Source: Minisyncoccota bacterium
Lineage (GTDB): Bacteria > Patescibacteriota > Minisyncoccia > Phycocordibacterales > JACRKE01
Length of the DNA: 64,000 bases
Assembly: GCA_041660505.1 (NCBI GenBank)
Contig: JBAZWG010000001.1
Span: 609,768-673,767 of the forward strand
Direction of reading: 5' to 3'
The position numbers and the translations under genes were made by a program. The notes under the pieces were generated by a model. That model saw only the letters and a program-made list of their open reading frames with translations, did not search any database and had not been told where the DNA came from. Below are positions 27,505 to 36,417 of the stretch, piece after piece; positions within the stretch are counted from its first letter, which is position 1, and each line of letters opens with the position of its first letter.

Positions 27505-28617
27505 ATGATAATCATTGACCTGAAATTTCTTGTTAGAAAACGAGCGAATTTATTTTTTCTTATCGACAATCTCTCTTTTCCTATTGATTCAATGCACCGA
27601 GATTACAACCGTGAGTGGCTGGAGCTTTTCGGACAACTGTCGGATAGCGAGAATAATGCGCTCGAAAAATACAGGTTGTTTAAAAAGTCTATCTGGGACA
27701 GAGGGGGAGGCAAACTACTTACTCGTTTTGAATCTGCCTTTTATCAATTTTCAGAATTAGACCTGAGAGAAGAAAAATTATTACTAAATATTCTTACCGA
27801 AGAAGAGTCTGGCGAATTAGATAAAATCTTTAGCTATTTTCAAGGCAGGTTTGAACTAATGTGGGAAAATTATTGTCGGATTCTCTCGAATAATCTTATC
27901 TTTCTTGAAAACGATTTTGCTTCCGTTCAACAAGTGTTTAGTGAGACACTCTCTGTAATTGGCGGGTTGTATGGGGTTAATAATTTTAACGATCGAATCG
28001 AAGTCTTTCTTATGATGCGACCGGCCACCGGGTTTTCCGGAGGGAGAATGATTAGCCGAAAGCCCCCTATAGTAATGATCGAGAGCGGGATTTCTAAACC
28101 ACAAGATCTTGACCAAATAAATCATCTGCGGCTATTACTTTTTCATGAGCTCACTCACGCCTGTTTTGAAAACGAACGTTTTTTAAAATTTCTCGGTGAA
28201 TATATCGAAAAGAAAACTCCACTCACTCACTTTCTTGAGAAATACCCCTCAACAAAGACTCCAGCTTTGGCCACCCGCCGAGCAATGCGAGAAATGATTA
28301 TTAACTCCATTGAATATAGTACGTACGTTCGAGGTCGGCTTGAACAAGGTTGTGAGATAAATTCCAATAATGGGGAAACTATTCTGAACGAAATTCGAAA
28401 CAAAAAATCTTTTAAACTCGCGAAAGGCACCCAAGAGAAACGCTCTATTATTTTGACCAGCGGAGAGGATACTTACCGGTATGTCGCGTGGAAGCTAGAA
28501 GGAATTGTGCGACCATATCTTGATAATAAAAAGCGCATAGATGATGAATTCTTAGACGGTGTTTATGATGTCTTAAAAGCATTTCCGGATAACCTTCTTG
28601 ATGATTTGAAATTGTGA
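27505..28617 (+). CDS. hypothetical protein with HExxH motif (possible metallopeptidase)
   Basis: LLLFHELTHACF with a downstream E; otherwise unrecognised. Confidence 0.7.
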   Translation: MIIIDLKFLVRKRANLFFLIDNLSFPIDSMHRDYNREWLELFGQLSDSENNALEKYRLFKKSIWDRGGGKLLTRFESAFYQFSELDLREEKLLLNILTEEESGELDKIFSYFQGRFELMWENYCRILSNNLIFLENDFASVQQVFSETLSVIGGLYGVNNFNDRIEVFLMMRPATGFSGGRMISRKPPIVMIESGISKPQDLDQINHLRLLLFHELTHACFENERFLKFLGEYIEKKTPLTHFLEKYPSTKTPALATRRAMREMIINSIEYSTYVRGRLEQGCEINSNNGETILNEIRNKKSFKLAKGTQEKRSIILTSGEDTYRYVAWKLEGIVRPYLDNKKRIDDEFLDGVYDVLKAFPDNLLDDLKL

Positions 28618-28619
28618 AC

Positions 28620-28656
28620 AAAAAGGCTGGCTCCCTAGAAACCCAGGAACCAGCCA
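28620..28656 (-). terminator. terminator of the radical SAM operon
   Basis: GGCTGGTTCC...GGAGCCAGCC-TTTTT on the minus strand. Confidence 0.7.
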
Positions 28657-28674
28657 AACTCCTCATCCTTTCTG

Positions 28675-29931
28675 TTAGTGATCAAGGATGTGTCTAAGGA
28701 GGTTCTTCGAAAATTCCCTGATTGCTTCGCATCGATAGCTCCTCTCTTTCCAGAAAGCTTCTGGTGAGACTTCGGCTTTATTGGCAGGGCAGTCTCCCTT
28801 ACAACCAAATTGAGCGAAGCAGTTCTGGCAGTCGGGAATACTCCTGACATTGAATTGCCGGAGGTGTCTGTATCGGTCTGCATCGAACACGAAAGCCTGT
28901 TGTTTTGGATCGTACTGTCCGAAACAAAATAGCAAAGCAGCGTCGTTTGCGCCCACACCGGCCATTCTATGGCAGGAAACAACTCGGCCGTCATAGGTGA
29001 TTGTGAAGTTCTTGCCAGCGGCTCCACAAAAAGCGCTACCCGTTGTCCGCCACGCCTGTGCAAGCGATGTTCTTATGCTAACGTTCAACGTTTTGGCAAC
29101 TTCAGACGCCTCAGTGAATTTCCCTAAGAATAGGGAGTCCACTGGTGGTTGAGCAAGCGGATTGACTTTCGCTCTCCCCATCGCGAAAAGTGGTTCGTAG
29201 GTTTGGACGCAACCAGGGAATCGTTCCCCGAAAAATCTCACCATTTCAGTCAGACGGTGAACGCTTGCTGCGGAAATGGTGGAACGGAACCTTAGTTTGT
29301 GCGGTGCAATCTGATAGATTTCCGTTGCCGCATCGAACACGCGGTCGAAACTCTTGCCCCGTTGCGCATCGTGGATATCCTTGGGCCCATCCACGGATAG
29401 TAGTATGTTGTCCATGTTCTCGGCGAGCCACCTGGCCTTTTGAGACGACATACAACCGTTGGTAGTGATTCCTGCCGAGCTCTCGAGACCCTGTTCTGAC
29501 GCTTGCGCGTGGAGGTACTGTACCGCTCCGACCAAGGTAGTCCAAGGTAGTGTCGGTTCACCGCCGAACATCCATGCACCGACCTTGCGCTTTCCTGAGT
29601 CTCTCGCAGATTTTATGAGATGGTCGACAGTAGCTCGGACAACCTCAGTCGGCATCGTTATGGTTTCTGTCGGCCGCGGGACGTAACCTCCAAAGCAGTA
29701 GATGCACCCAAGCTTGCACTGGTTAGTGAGCATCAAGGTTGCACCCGTAAAGAGGTAGTTCGGTTCTTCCGCTACCTCTTTTTGTATCGTCGAAGTCGGG
29801 GCGGTTACAAAATCTGGGATTGTTTCTGCAACATTCGCTTCGACCCGATACACCTTTCGCATTGTGGGAACGTAAATAATGACGCTATCTCCGTCTTGAA
29901 TCTTGAAGAGTCGGTGTTGAACAAGTTCCAT
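28675..29931 (-). CDS. radical SAM/SPASM-domain peptide maturase
   Basis: CKLGCIYC (CxxxCxxC), FGGEPTL, TTNG, SVDGPKDIHD; SPASM Cys set C...SCH...CQNCFAQFGCKGDC...C; SD GGAGGT. Confidence 0.93.
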   Translation of the reverse strand: MELVQHRLFKIQDGDSVIIYVPTMRKVYRVEANVAETIPDFVTAPTSTIQKEVAEEPNYLFTGATLMLTNQCKLGCIYCFGGYVPRPTETITMPTEVVRATVDHLIKSARDSGKRKVGAWMFGGEPTLPWTTLVGAVQYLHAQASEQGLESSAGITTNGCMSSQKARWLAENMDNILLSVDGPKDIHDAQRGKSFDRVFDAATEIYQIAPHKLRFRSTISAASVHRLTEMVRFFGERFPGCVQTYEPLFAMGRAKVNPLAQPPVDSLFLGKFTEASEVAKTLNVSIRTSLAQAWRTTGSAFCGAAGKNFTITYDGRVVSCHRMAGVGANDAALLFCFGQYDPKQQAFVFDADRYRHLRQFNVRSIPDCQNCFAQFGCKGDCPANKAEVSPEAFWKERSYRCEAIREFSKNLLRHILDH

Positions 29932-29951
29932 GGATAACCTCCGTTATTATG

Positions 29952-29988
29952 GATCGAGGGTGGAAGCTATACGCTTCCACCCTCGATC
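29952..29988. promoter_or_regulatory. perfect 16-bp hairpin between precursor and maturase
   Basis: GATCGAGGGTGGAAGC-TATAC-GCTTCCACCCTCGATC; no U-tail on the minus strand. Confidence 0.8.
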
Positions 29989-30014
29989 TTCTTCGAGTCA
30001 ACGACAGTTAGTTG

Positions 30015-30161
30015 TTACTCGCCGCAGCTGTCTCCATCTCCCCAGCAACCGTCTTGGTCCGAGTCGCATGCACTGCAACTTCGTGACGTGTCGGATGGAA
30101 GCGATGCGCTTGCGCAGGCAAGCCCTTCCAGCTGCTCCAGGGTCAAAGTCGGCTCTCTCAT
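30015..30161 (-). CDS. Cys/Asp-rich RiPP precursor peptide (48 aa), not in ORF track
   Basis: MREPTLTLEQLEGLACASASLPSDTSRSCSACDSDQDGCWGDGDSCGE*; SD AAGGAGGT; directly upstream of the rSAM/SPASM gene. Confidence 0.85.
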   Translation of the reverse strand: MREPTLTLEQLEGLACASASLPSDTSRSCSACDSDQDGCWGDGDSCGE

Positions 30162-30200
30162 AGGCACCTCCTTTCGTTGTCGAAGATCATTGTCAAGCTG

Positions 30201-30231
30201 ATTCTACCCCCCCCCTATTGCAATTTGTCAA
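30201..30231 (-). promoter_or_regulatory. sigma70 promoter TTGACA-N19-TAGAAT with G9 tract in spacer
   Basis: TTGACA at 30226-30231, TAGAAT at 30201-30206, plus-strand C9 at 30207-30215. Confidence 0.7.
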
Positions 30232-30527
30232 GTCCTTCGACTGAGCGAATTCCAAAGTGATTCCAAAACCTTAACTGTTAGACGGGCATGTACACCCGGA
30301 TACTTACTAACCTACGCCATTGGGGATATATAGTCGATTTACCAACTTCTCTCTGTTAGGTTCTTGTGATACGATTAGTGTATGGATAGAATCTCAAAAG
30401 TGTTACTGGGTGCGATAGTATGCCTAGTTGTATCTTCGGTATTATATTCATTTTATTCGACAGTCGTTCGACAAGATTTTCAGGTGAGCGACACGACTCC
30501 CGCAACCGAATAATTACATATATTCCC

Positions 30528-31373
30528 ATGCAATCAGATCAAAATCAATATTGGTCAATGACAGAAGGTGTCTTTAACTGTCTCATTGACACCGAGCGAA
30601 CCGAAGCCTTTCAAAAAGCTATACGAAATACGGTAAAAAGGGGTGATATTGTTGTCGATCTCGGGTCTGGCTCCGGGGTCATGGCTATGTTCGCCGCCGA
30701 CGCAGGTGCGGCAAAGGTATACGCCGTTGAAATAGATTTGCGCAATATAAAAACGCTCCGAGATACGTTTGCAAAAAATGGATATGCAGACGTGATTACA
30801 GTTATCGAGGGGGATGCCACAAGTGTTGTGTTGCCAGAAAAAGTTGATGTGATTATCGCAGAGATGGTTGCGACTGGCCTGATTGAAGAACTACAAATTC
30901 CAGCGATGAATAATGCGCTCATGTATAAAAAGGAGAGAACACGCGTTGTTCTAAGCCGAATTGATAACTATATTGATCTCGTTTTTAATAATCCTGTATT
31001 TTATAATCACACGTTCAATATCTTCCGTTACGAATATCCGGACATCGAGCAGCTACGATCAAATAGTTTTTCTGACAGGATTATATATTCTTCTATAGAC
31101 TTCAACCATGTATGCAGTGAGAGGAATGTGGATGCAACATACGAAGTCTCGATTACTAACGACGGGGTGATTAATGCGCTCAGAATAAGCACCGACACTT
31201 TTTTTGCTGACAATTCAACACTTGGTCCTACCTATGCCTACGCATATCCGTTAATTCTCCCCATCCCCGAATCCAAGGTTAAAAAAGGAGATATTTTTTC
31301 GGTAAAAGTGTCCTACGAGCTCTGCGGAGGTTTCGATGGGTTCTCATACTCGGTAACTAAAAAAAATGTTTAG
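30528..31373 (+). CDS. class I SAM-dependent methyltransferase (PRMT/PrmA-like)
   Basis: DTERTEAFQKAI, VVDLGSGSGVMAMFAA, KVYAVE, VDVIIAEM. Confidence 0.88.
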   Translation: MQSDQNQYWSMTEGVFNCLIDTERTEAFQKAIRNTVKRGDIVVDLGSGSGVMAMFAADAGAAKVYAVEIDLRNIKTLRDTFAKNGYADVITVIEGDATSVVLPEKVDVIIAEMVATGLIEELQIPAMNNALMYKKERTRVVLSRIDNYIDLVFNNPVFYNHTFNIFRYEYPDIEQLRSNSFSDRIIYSSIDFNHVCSERNVDATYEVSITNDGVINALRISTDTFFADNSTLGPTYAYAYPLILPIPESKVKKGDIFSVKVSYELCGGFDGFSYSVTKKNV

Positions 31374-33075
31374 CAACTACTATTGCCCGGGAAATCTCTC
31401 CGTGCTCGGGGCCTTTGATTTCAGTTATGCCCCCACGCTCATTTTTTATGCTTACATACCAATAATTCTTGTCTCGATATTTTTCGGATTATTGCTTATT
31501 TTCAGAGATAAGTTTTCTATTCAGGGAAAGCTTATCTTTCTGCTTTCACTCTTCTTTTCGTTTTGGAATCTTAATGTTATTGCCGAGTGGATAACCGTCC
31601 CCGTCAACCTAAATCATTTTTTTTGGCAACTAACCATGCTGTTTGAGATGCCGATTCCGCTACTCGCGATATACCTCACTCTTGTTTTTATCTACAAAAA
31701 GGATATTTCGAGCAAGTTAAAAATATTACTGACTATATTTTTCCTGCCGGTCCCACTGCTTCTGGCGACCGTCTATAATATCGGCGTATTTGATGTGCAA
31801 AATTGTCAGCCAGCAGTCGGTTGGTTAACGTATTACGTCTATGCGATCGAGATTTTTTCCATTCTATGGATTGTTATAGCCGCGTATAGAAAATACCAGA
31901 TCGAATCAAGCCCCTCCGAAAAAAAACAAATTCTTCTGATGGTTTCTGGTATATCACTATTTCTCCTTACCTTTTCTTTGTCGAATATTCTCGGCGAGTG
32001 GACTCAATTTTATCAAATCAACCTTATCGGTCCTATTGGTATGGTGGTGTTTCTGGCGCTCATGACTTACCTTATCGTCAAGTTCAAGACCTTCAATATC
32101 AAGCTTATTGGTACACAGGCTTTGGTGTGGGCGCTTATTATACTTATCGGGTCGGAGTTTTTCTTCATCCAAACAAACGTCAATAGAATTCTCACTGCCG
32201 TTACCCTTGTAATATCGGCTTGGATGGGTCTCATAATTGTGAGAAGCGTAAAGAAGGAAATTGAGGCTCGTGAGATTATCGAAGGTATGGCGAAGAAACT
32301 TGAGGGGGTTAACACCGAGCTCGAGGGTGCCAATGCCAAGCTCAAGGTACTTGACCAACAGAAGTCGGAGTTTGTCTCTATTGCTTCGCATCAGTTGCGG
32401 TCGCCGCTCACAGTCATTAAGGGCTATTTATCCATGATGATCGAGGGCGAGCCGGAGTTGGCCGACCTTAAGGCGGGGACTATCACGCCGAAGGGGGTGG
32501 AGGTCATGAACACGATGTTCCAATCGACCAACCGCTTGGCGCATATTATTGAAGACTTCTTGAACGTCTCGCGCATCGAGCAGGGCAAGATGAAATACGA
32601 GATGAGCGACTTCGACATCCGCCAGATGGCGCGGGAAGTGGTGGGTGAATTCCAAGCCGAGGTGGGCGAGAGGAAACTGACGCTTATCTGCACCGACAAG
32701 TCGCCAAACGCGAGCTATATGGTCTACGCCGACGCGGGCAAGCTCCGCCAAGTCATCGGCAATATTATTGACAACTCTATCAAGTACACGCCGCAGGGCG
32801 GGATCACTGTCTATCTTGAACGTCTGGCGGATAGTACTAGACTTTCGGTGAAGGACACCGGCATCGGCATCTCGGCCGAGAACCTTAAGAATTTGTTCCA
32901 GAAGTTCTCTCGCGCATCGAACGGCGGTAAGGTCAACGTGACAGGATCCGGCCTCGGCCTCTTCGTCGCTGTCGAAATTATGAAGGCGCATAAAGGCAAG
33001 CTGTGGGCAGAGTCGGATGGAGAAGGCAAGGGCTCAACTTTCGTGATAGAACTTCCAATTAAAAAACGGAATTAA
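31366..33075 (+). CDS. multi-TM sensor histidine kinase
   Basis: Polytopic N-terminal sensor, ASHQLRSPL H-box, NIIDNSIKYT, DTGIG, GSGLGL, GKGSTF. Confidence 0.93.
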   Translation: MFSNYYCPGNLSVLGAFDFSYAPTLIFYAYIPIILVSIFFGLLLIFRDKFSIQGKLIFLLSLFFSFWNLNVIAEWITVPVNLNHFFWQLTMLFEMPIPLLAIYLTLVFIYKKDISSKLKILLTIFFLPVPLLLATVYNIGVFDVQNCQPAVGWLTYYVYAIEIFSILWIVIAAYRKYQIESSPSEKKQILLMVSGISLFLLTFSLSNILGEWTQFYQINLIGPIGMVVFLALMTYLIVKFKTFNIKLIGTQALVWALIILIGSEFFFIQTNVNRILTAVTLVISAWMGLIIVRSVKKEIEAREIIEGMAKKLEGVNTELEGANAKLKVLDQQKSEFVSIASHQLRSPLTVIKGYLSMMIEGEPELADLKAGTITPKGVEVMNTMFQSTNRLAHIIEDFLNVSRIEQGKMKYEMSDFDIRQMAREVVGEFQAEVGERKLTLICTDKSPNASYMVYADAGKLRQVIGNIIDNSIKYTPQGGITVYLERLADSTRLSVKDTGIGISAENLKNLFQKFSRASNGGKVNVTGSGLGLFVAVEIMKAHKGKLWAESDGEGKGSTFVIELPIKKRN

Positions 33076-33135
33076 AGAATTTGAGAATTAAAGAATCATT
33101 CCAAAATTCATAAATTCTAAGATTCCGTCCAAATT

Positions 33136-35052
33136 ATGTATATCATCAAGCGCAGCACGCACAATCCGCTCATTGCACCATTGAATGACAAGCAGTGGGA
33201 GTCGCGCGCGACATTCAACCCTTGCCCCGTCCGGCAAGGCAAGACGACGCACATGCTCTATCGCGCCTTGAGCCGGCCGGATGCCTTGCGCGAGCCCGAA
33301 GGCTTATCAACGATCGGCAAGGCAATCACAATGGACGGTGAACACTTCCAGGCGCGCAGGGCGTTCATCGTGCCGGAGCAGCCGTGGGAGAAGTATGGCT
33401 GTGAAGACCCGCGCGTTACATTCTTCGAGGGGAATTATGTGACGTTCTATACTGCTCTGGGTGGGATGCCCTTTGGCCCCGGCAATATCAAGGTGGCAGT
33501 GGCGCTGTCTAAAGATATGGAGCGCATCGACGAGAAGCATCTGGTCACACCCTTTAATGCCAAGGCGATGGTGCTCTTCCCCGAGCGAGTCGGCGGCAAG
33601 GTTACGGCAATATTCAGCGCGCACACCGATGAGCCACCGGTCAAGACTGTAATCGTCCAGGCCGACAAGCTCGAAGACTTTTGGGATTTGAAATTTTGGG
33701 AAAAGTGGCACGCGGAAATTGACGAGCACATCGTTAATCCTTTGCGCTTCAGCCACGACCATATCGAGGTTGGGGCGCCGCCATTGCGTACCAAAGACGG
33801 CTGGCTCTTGTTCTATTCTTATATCCAGAATTATTTCGGCGGAGGGGAGCGCGTCTTCGGCATCGAGGCATTACTCCTCGACTTCGATGACCCGCGCCAG
33901 ATAGTCGGCCGGACGAAGGGGCCGATCATGGTGCCGGAAGAAACTTACGAGAAGTACGGCATGGTGCCGAACATCGTCTTCCCCACGGGCGCGCTCCTGA
34001 ACACGAACGGCCGCGTGGATATTTATTACGGTGCGGCGGATACTGTCTGTGCGCGAGCCTCGTTAAGTTTACAAGATTTACTCAGCGCTATGGTGCCGGA
34101 ACGGCGCGCCCAACTCGCCGTGCGCGCGAAGGAGAATCCGATTCTTAAACCTGCTGAGGGCCACTCGTGGGAAAGCAAAGCGGTCTTCAACCCCGGGGCT
34201 ATCGAGATAGACGACACTATCTATTTGCTTTACCGCGCGATGGGTAACGATAATAATTCTGTTCTCGGCTATGCATCGACCAAAAATGGCGTGAAGATAA
34301 CAGAGCGTCTGGATCAGCCAGCCTATGTCCCGCGTGAAGACTTCGAGAAGAAAAGGGGTGGCAATACCTCGGGCTGTGAGGACCCGCGCCTGACCAGAAT
34401 AGACAATACAATTTACTTGGCTTACACGGCGTTCAACGGCGTCGACCCATGGCACGCGGCACTCTCCTCGATATCCGTAAAAGATTTCTTGGCCAAGCGC
34501 TGGGATATGTGGGAGAAGCCTCAACGTGTTACTCCGCCCCAGATACAGGATAAAGACGCCTGCCTTCTGCCAGAGAAAGTTGCTGATCAATACATGATCT
34601 TCCATCGCATCGATCCGATGATTTGCGCCGACTTTGTTGACTCTCTCGACTTCGCTAAGACTCCGCTCACGCGTTGTATCGAGATAATGGGGCCGCGGCC
34701 GGGTATGTGGGATAGCGCTAAGATCGGTATCGCCGGCCCGCCTATAAAGACAGATGCCGGCTGGCTTTTGCTCTATCACGGCGTGTCCAAGACCTCTACA
34801 TACAGACTCGGTGCTGTACTATTGGACTTGAAGAATCCCTCGATAGTGCTCTCGCGCTCTGTGGACACTATCTTCGAACCGCTTGAGGAGTACGAGCGCG
34901 TCGGCCAAGTACGCAATGCTGTGTTCTCGTGCGGGGCGGTGTTGCGCGGCAAGACCATCTATGTGTATTATGGCGGGGCGGATACGGTCGTGGGCGTAGC
35001 GAAGATAGCACTCGACAAGTTGCTCAAAATCCTGGCGCCGAAGAATTTATAA
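33136..35052 (+). CDS. tandem two-domain GH130-like glycosidase/phosphorylase
   Basis: Two repeats of NP(L/I)...FNP...YRA...GCEDPR...YYG(A/G)AD. Confidence 0.9.
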   Translation: MYIIKRSTHNPLIAPLNDKQWESRATFNPCPVRQGKTTHMLYRALSRPDALREPEGLSTIGKAITMDGEHFQARRAFIVPEQPWEKYGCEDPRVTFFEGNYVTFYTALGGMPFGPGNIKVAVALSKDMERIDEKHLVTPFNAKAMVLFPERVGGKVTAIFSAHTDEPPVKTVIVQADKLEDFWDLKFWEKWHAEIDEHIVNPLRFSHDHIEVGAPPLRTKDGWLLFYSYIQNYFGGGERVFGIEALLLDFDDPRQIVGRTKGPIMVPEETYEKYGMVPNIVFPTGALLNTNGRVDIYYGAADTVCARASLSLQDLLSAMVPERRAQLAVRAKENPILKPAEGHSWESKAVFNPGAIEIDDTIYLLYRAMGNDNNSVLGYASTKNGVKITERLDQPAYVPREDFEKKRGGNTSGCEDPRLTRIDNTIYLAYTAFNGVDPWHAALSSISVKDFLAKRWDMWEKPQRVTPPQIQDKDACLLPEKVADQYMIFHRIDPMICADFVDSLDFAKTPLTRCIEIMGPRPGMWDSAKIGIAGPPIKTDAGWLLLYHGVSKTSTYRLGAVLLDLKNPSIVLSRSVDTIFEPLEEYERVGQVRNAVFSCGAVLRGKTIYVYYGGADTVVGVAKIALDKLLKILAPKNL

Positions 35053-35059
35053 AACACAC

Positions 35060-35806
35060 ATGAATATACCGAAGCTCGTCGCTTTCGACCTCGACGGCAC
35101 CATTGCACCAAGTAAACATCAGACGGAGGCCGACATGGGCTTGCTTCTCGCGAGCTTGCTGGCGAAGTTGCCTGTCGCTATAATGTCCGGCGCTTCGTTC
35201 CATCAGTTCGAACGGCAATTTTTGCCAGCCTTACCGGTTGACGCAAATTTTTCCAATTTATATTTATTCCCAACGAACGCGGCGGCCTGCTATGTGTACA
35301 AAGACGGCAAATGGCAGGAGCAATATAACGAGAAGTTTACCGATATTGAGCGTGAGAAAATTATGAATGCACTGAATGAGGCGATGACAGAAACTAATTT
35401 CCAATCTTTCGTGCCGCAAACTTGGGGTGAGCAGATAGAAGATCGCGGGGCGCAGATTACTCTCTCTGCCCTGGGCCAGCAAGCACCGCTTGAGGAGAAG
35501 CAGAAGTGGGACCCGACACGAGAGAAGCGCCAGCCGCTCTATGATTTGCTTTGTGAAAAATTACCTGATTTCTCCATCGGTTTGAACGCCACGACCTCAA
35601 TAGATATTACGAAGAAGGGGGTGAACAAAGGCTACGGTGTGCTCAAGCTCGCAGAACTGACGAAAATTCCCGTAGGCGAGATGCTCTATGTTGGCGACGC
35701 ACTCGGCCCGGGCGGTAACGATGCGATAGTTATCCCAACATGTATCCAGACGTATGCAGTAGCTGACCCGGAAGATACAAAAAAGTTTATTAAAAGCATA
35801 ATTTAA
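35060..35806 (+). CDS. HAD-IIB hydrolase (phosphomannomutase-like)
   Basis: FDLDGT, IMSG, IEDRG, SIDITKKGVNK, YVGDALGPGGND. Confidence 0.88.
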   Translation: MNIPKLVAFDLDGTIAPSKHQTEADMGLLLASLLAKLPVAIMSGASFHQFERQFLPALPVDANFSNLYLFPTNAAACYVYKDGKWQEQYNEKFTDIEREKIMNALNEAMTETNFQSFVPQTWGEQIEDRGAQITLSALGQQAPLEEKQKWDPTREKRQPLYDLLCEKLPDFSIGLNATTSIDITKKGVNKGYGVLKLAELTKIPVGEMLYVGDALGPGGNDAIVIPTCIQTYAVADPEDTKKFIKSII

Positions 35807-35817
35807 TTTTTATTATC

Positions 35818-35997
35818 ATGACCGCGAATATTTTAAACGACGGGGAAGAGGATGTGCTCTCTGACGAGGCGGAGGAGGAGCTGACAGAGCTTATGGACGA
35901 ATATAGCATTGACCGCGATAGAGCTTTGCGCGTAAAGAAGCTGATGGATCGCGAAGGTCTTGACTCCGACAAAGCCATTGAAGCTCTGGAGGACTAA
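35818..35997 (+). CDS. small acidic protein (59 aa), not in ORF track
   Basis: MTANILNDGEEDVLSDEAEEELTELMDEYSIDRDRALRVKKLMDREGLDSDKAIEALED; fills the gap and its stop overlaps the next ATG. Confidence 0.65.
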   Translation: MTANILNDGEEDVLSDEAEEELTELMDEYSIDRDRALRVKKLMDREGLDSDKAIEALED

Positions 35998-36386
35998 TGT
36001 TCTGGCGGATTATCCGAAGAAGATTGCGCCGGCGGCCGAAACGGCGGAAAGGTTCGACCAAGCACTATATAGCCCACAAGGAAAATGCTCGAGCGCTCGT
36101 GCATGAACGCTTAGCGCATTTTAATACGCGCTATAGTTTTGCGATCGGCCGAGTGGCGATACGCAACCAGAAGAGCCGATGGGGAAGCTGTTCGAAGAAA
36201 GGAAACTTAAATTTTAATTACAGAATTGTCTTGTTGCCGGCGCATCTCGCCGATTATGTGATTGTCCATGAGCTTTGCCACATCGGTGAGTTCAATCATT
36301 CACGCAAATTCTGGGTGCTCGTCGCGCAAGCCGCGCCCGATTGGCGGCGACACAGAGCGGAGCTTAAACGAGTGCGTTTGAAATAA
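35997..36386 (+). CDS. YgjP/M48-like metallopeptidase domain protein
   Basis: RNQKSRWGSCS, DYVIVHELCH, NHSRKFW. Confidence 0.88.
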   Translation: MFWRIIRRRLRRRPKRRKGSTKHYIAHKENARALVHERLAHFNTRYSFAIGRVAIRNQKSRWGSCSKKGNLNFNYRIVLLPAHLADYVIVHELCHIGEFNHSRKFWVLVAQAAPDWRRHRAELKRVRLK

Positions 36387-36417
36387 TTATGCAAATAATG
36401 CTATTATTGCAAAACAT

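Noticed and set aside
29930-30163. 77-aa plus-strand ORF
   Set aside because: Antisense to the precursor peptide, which has the SD, promoter and operon context
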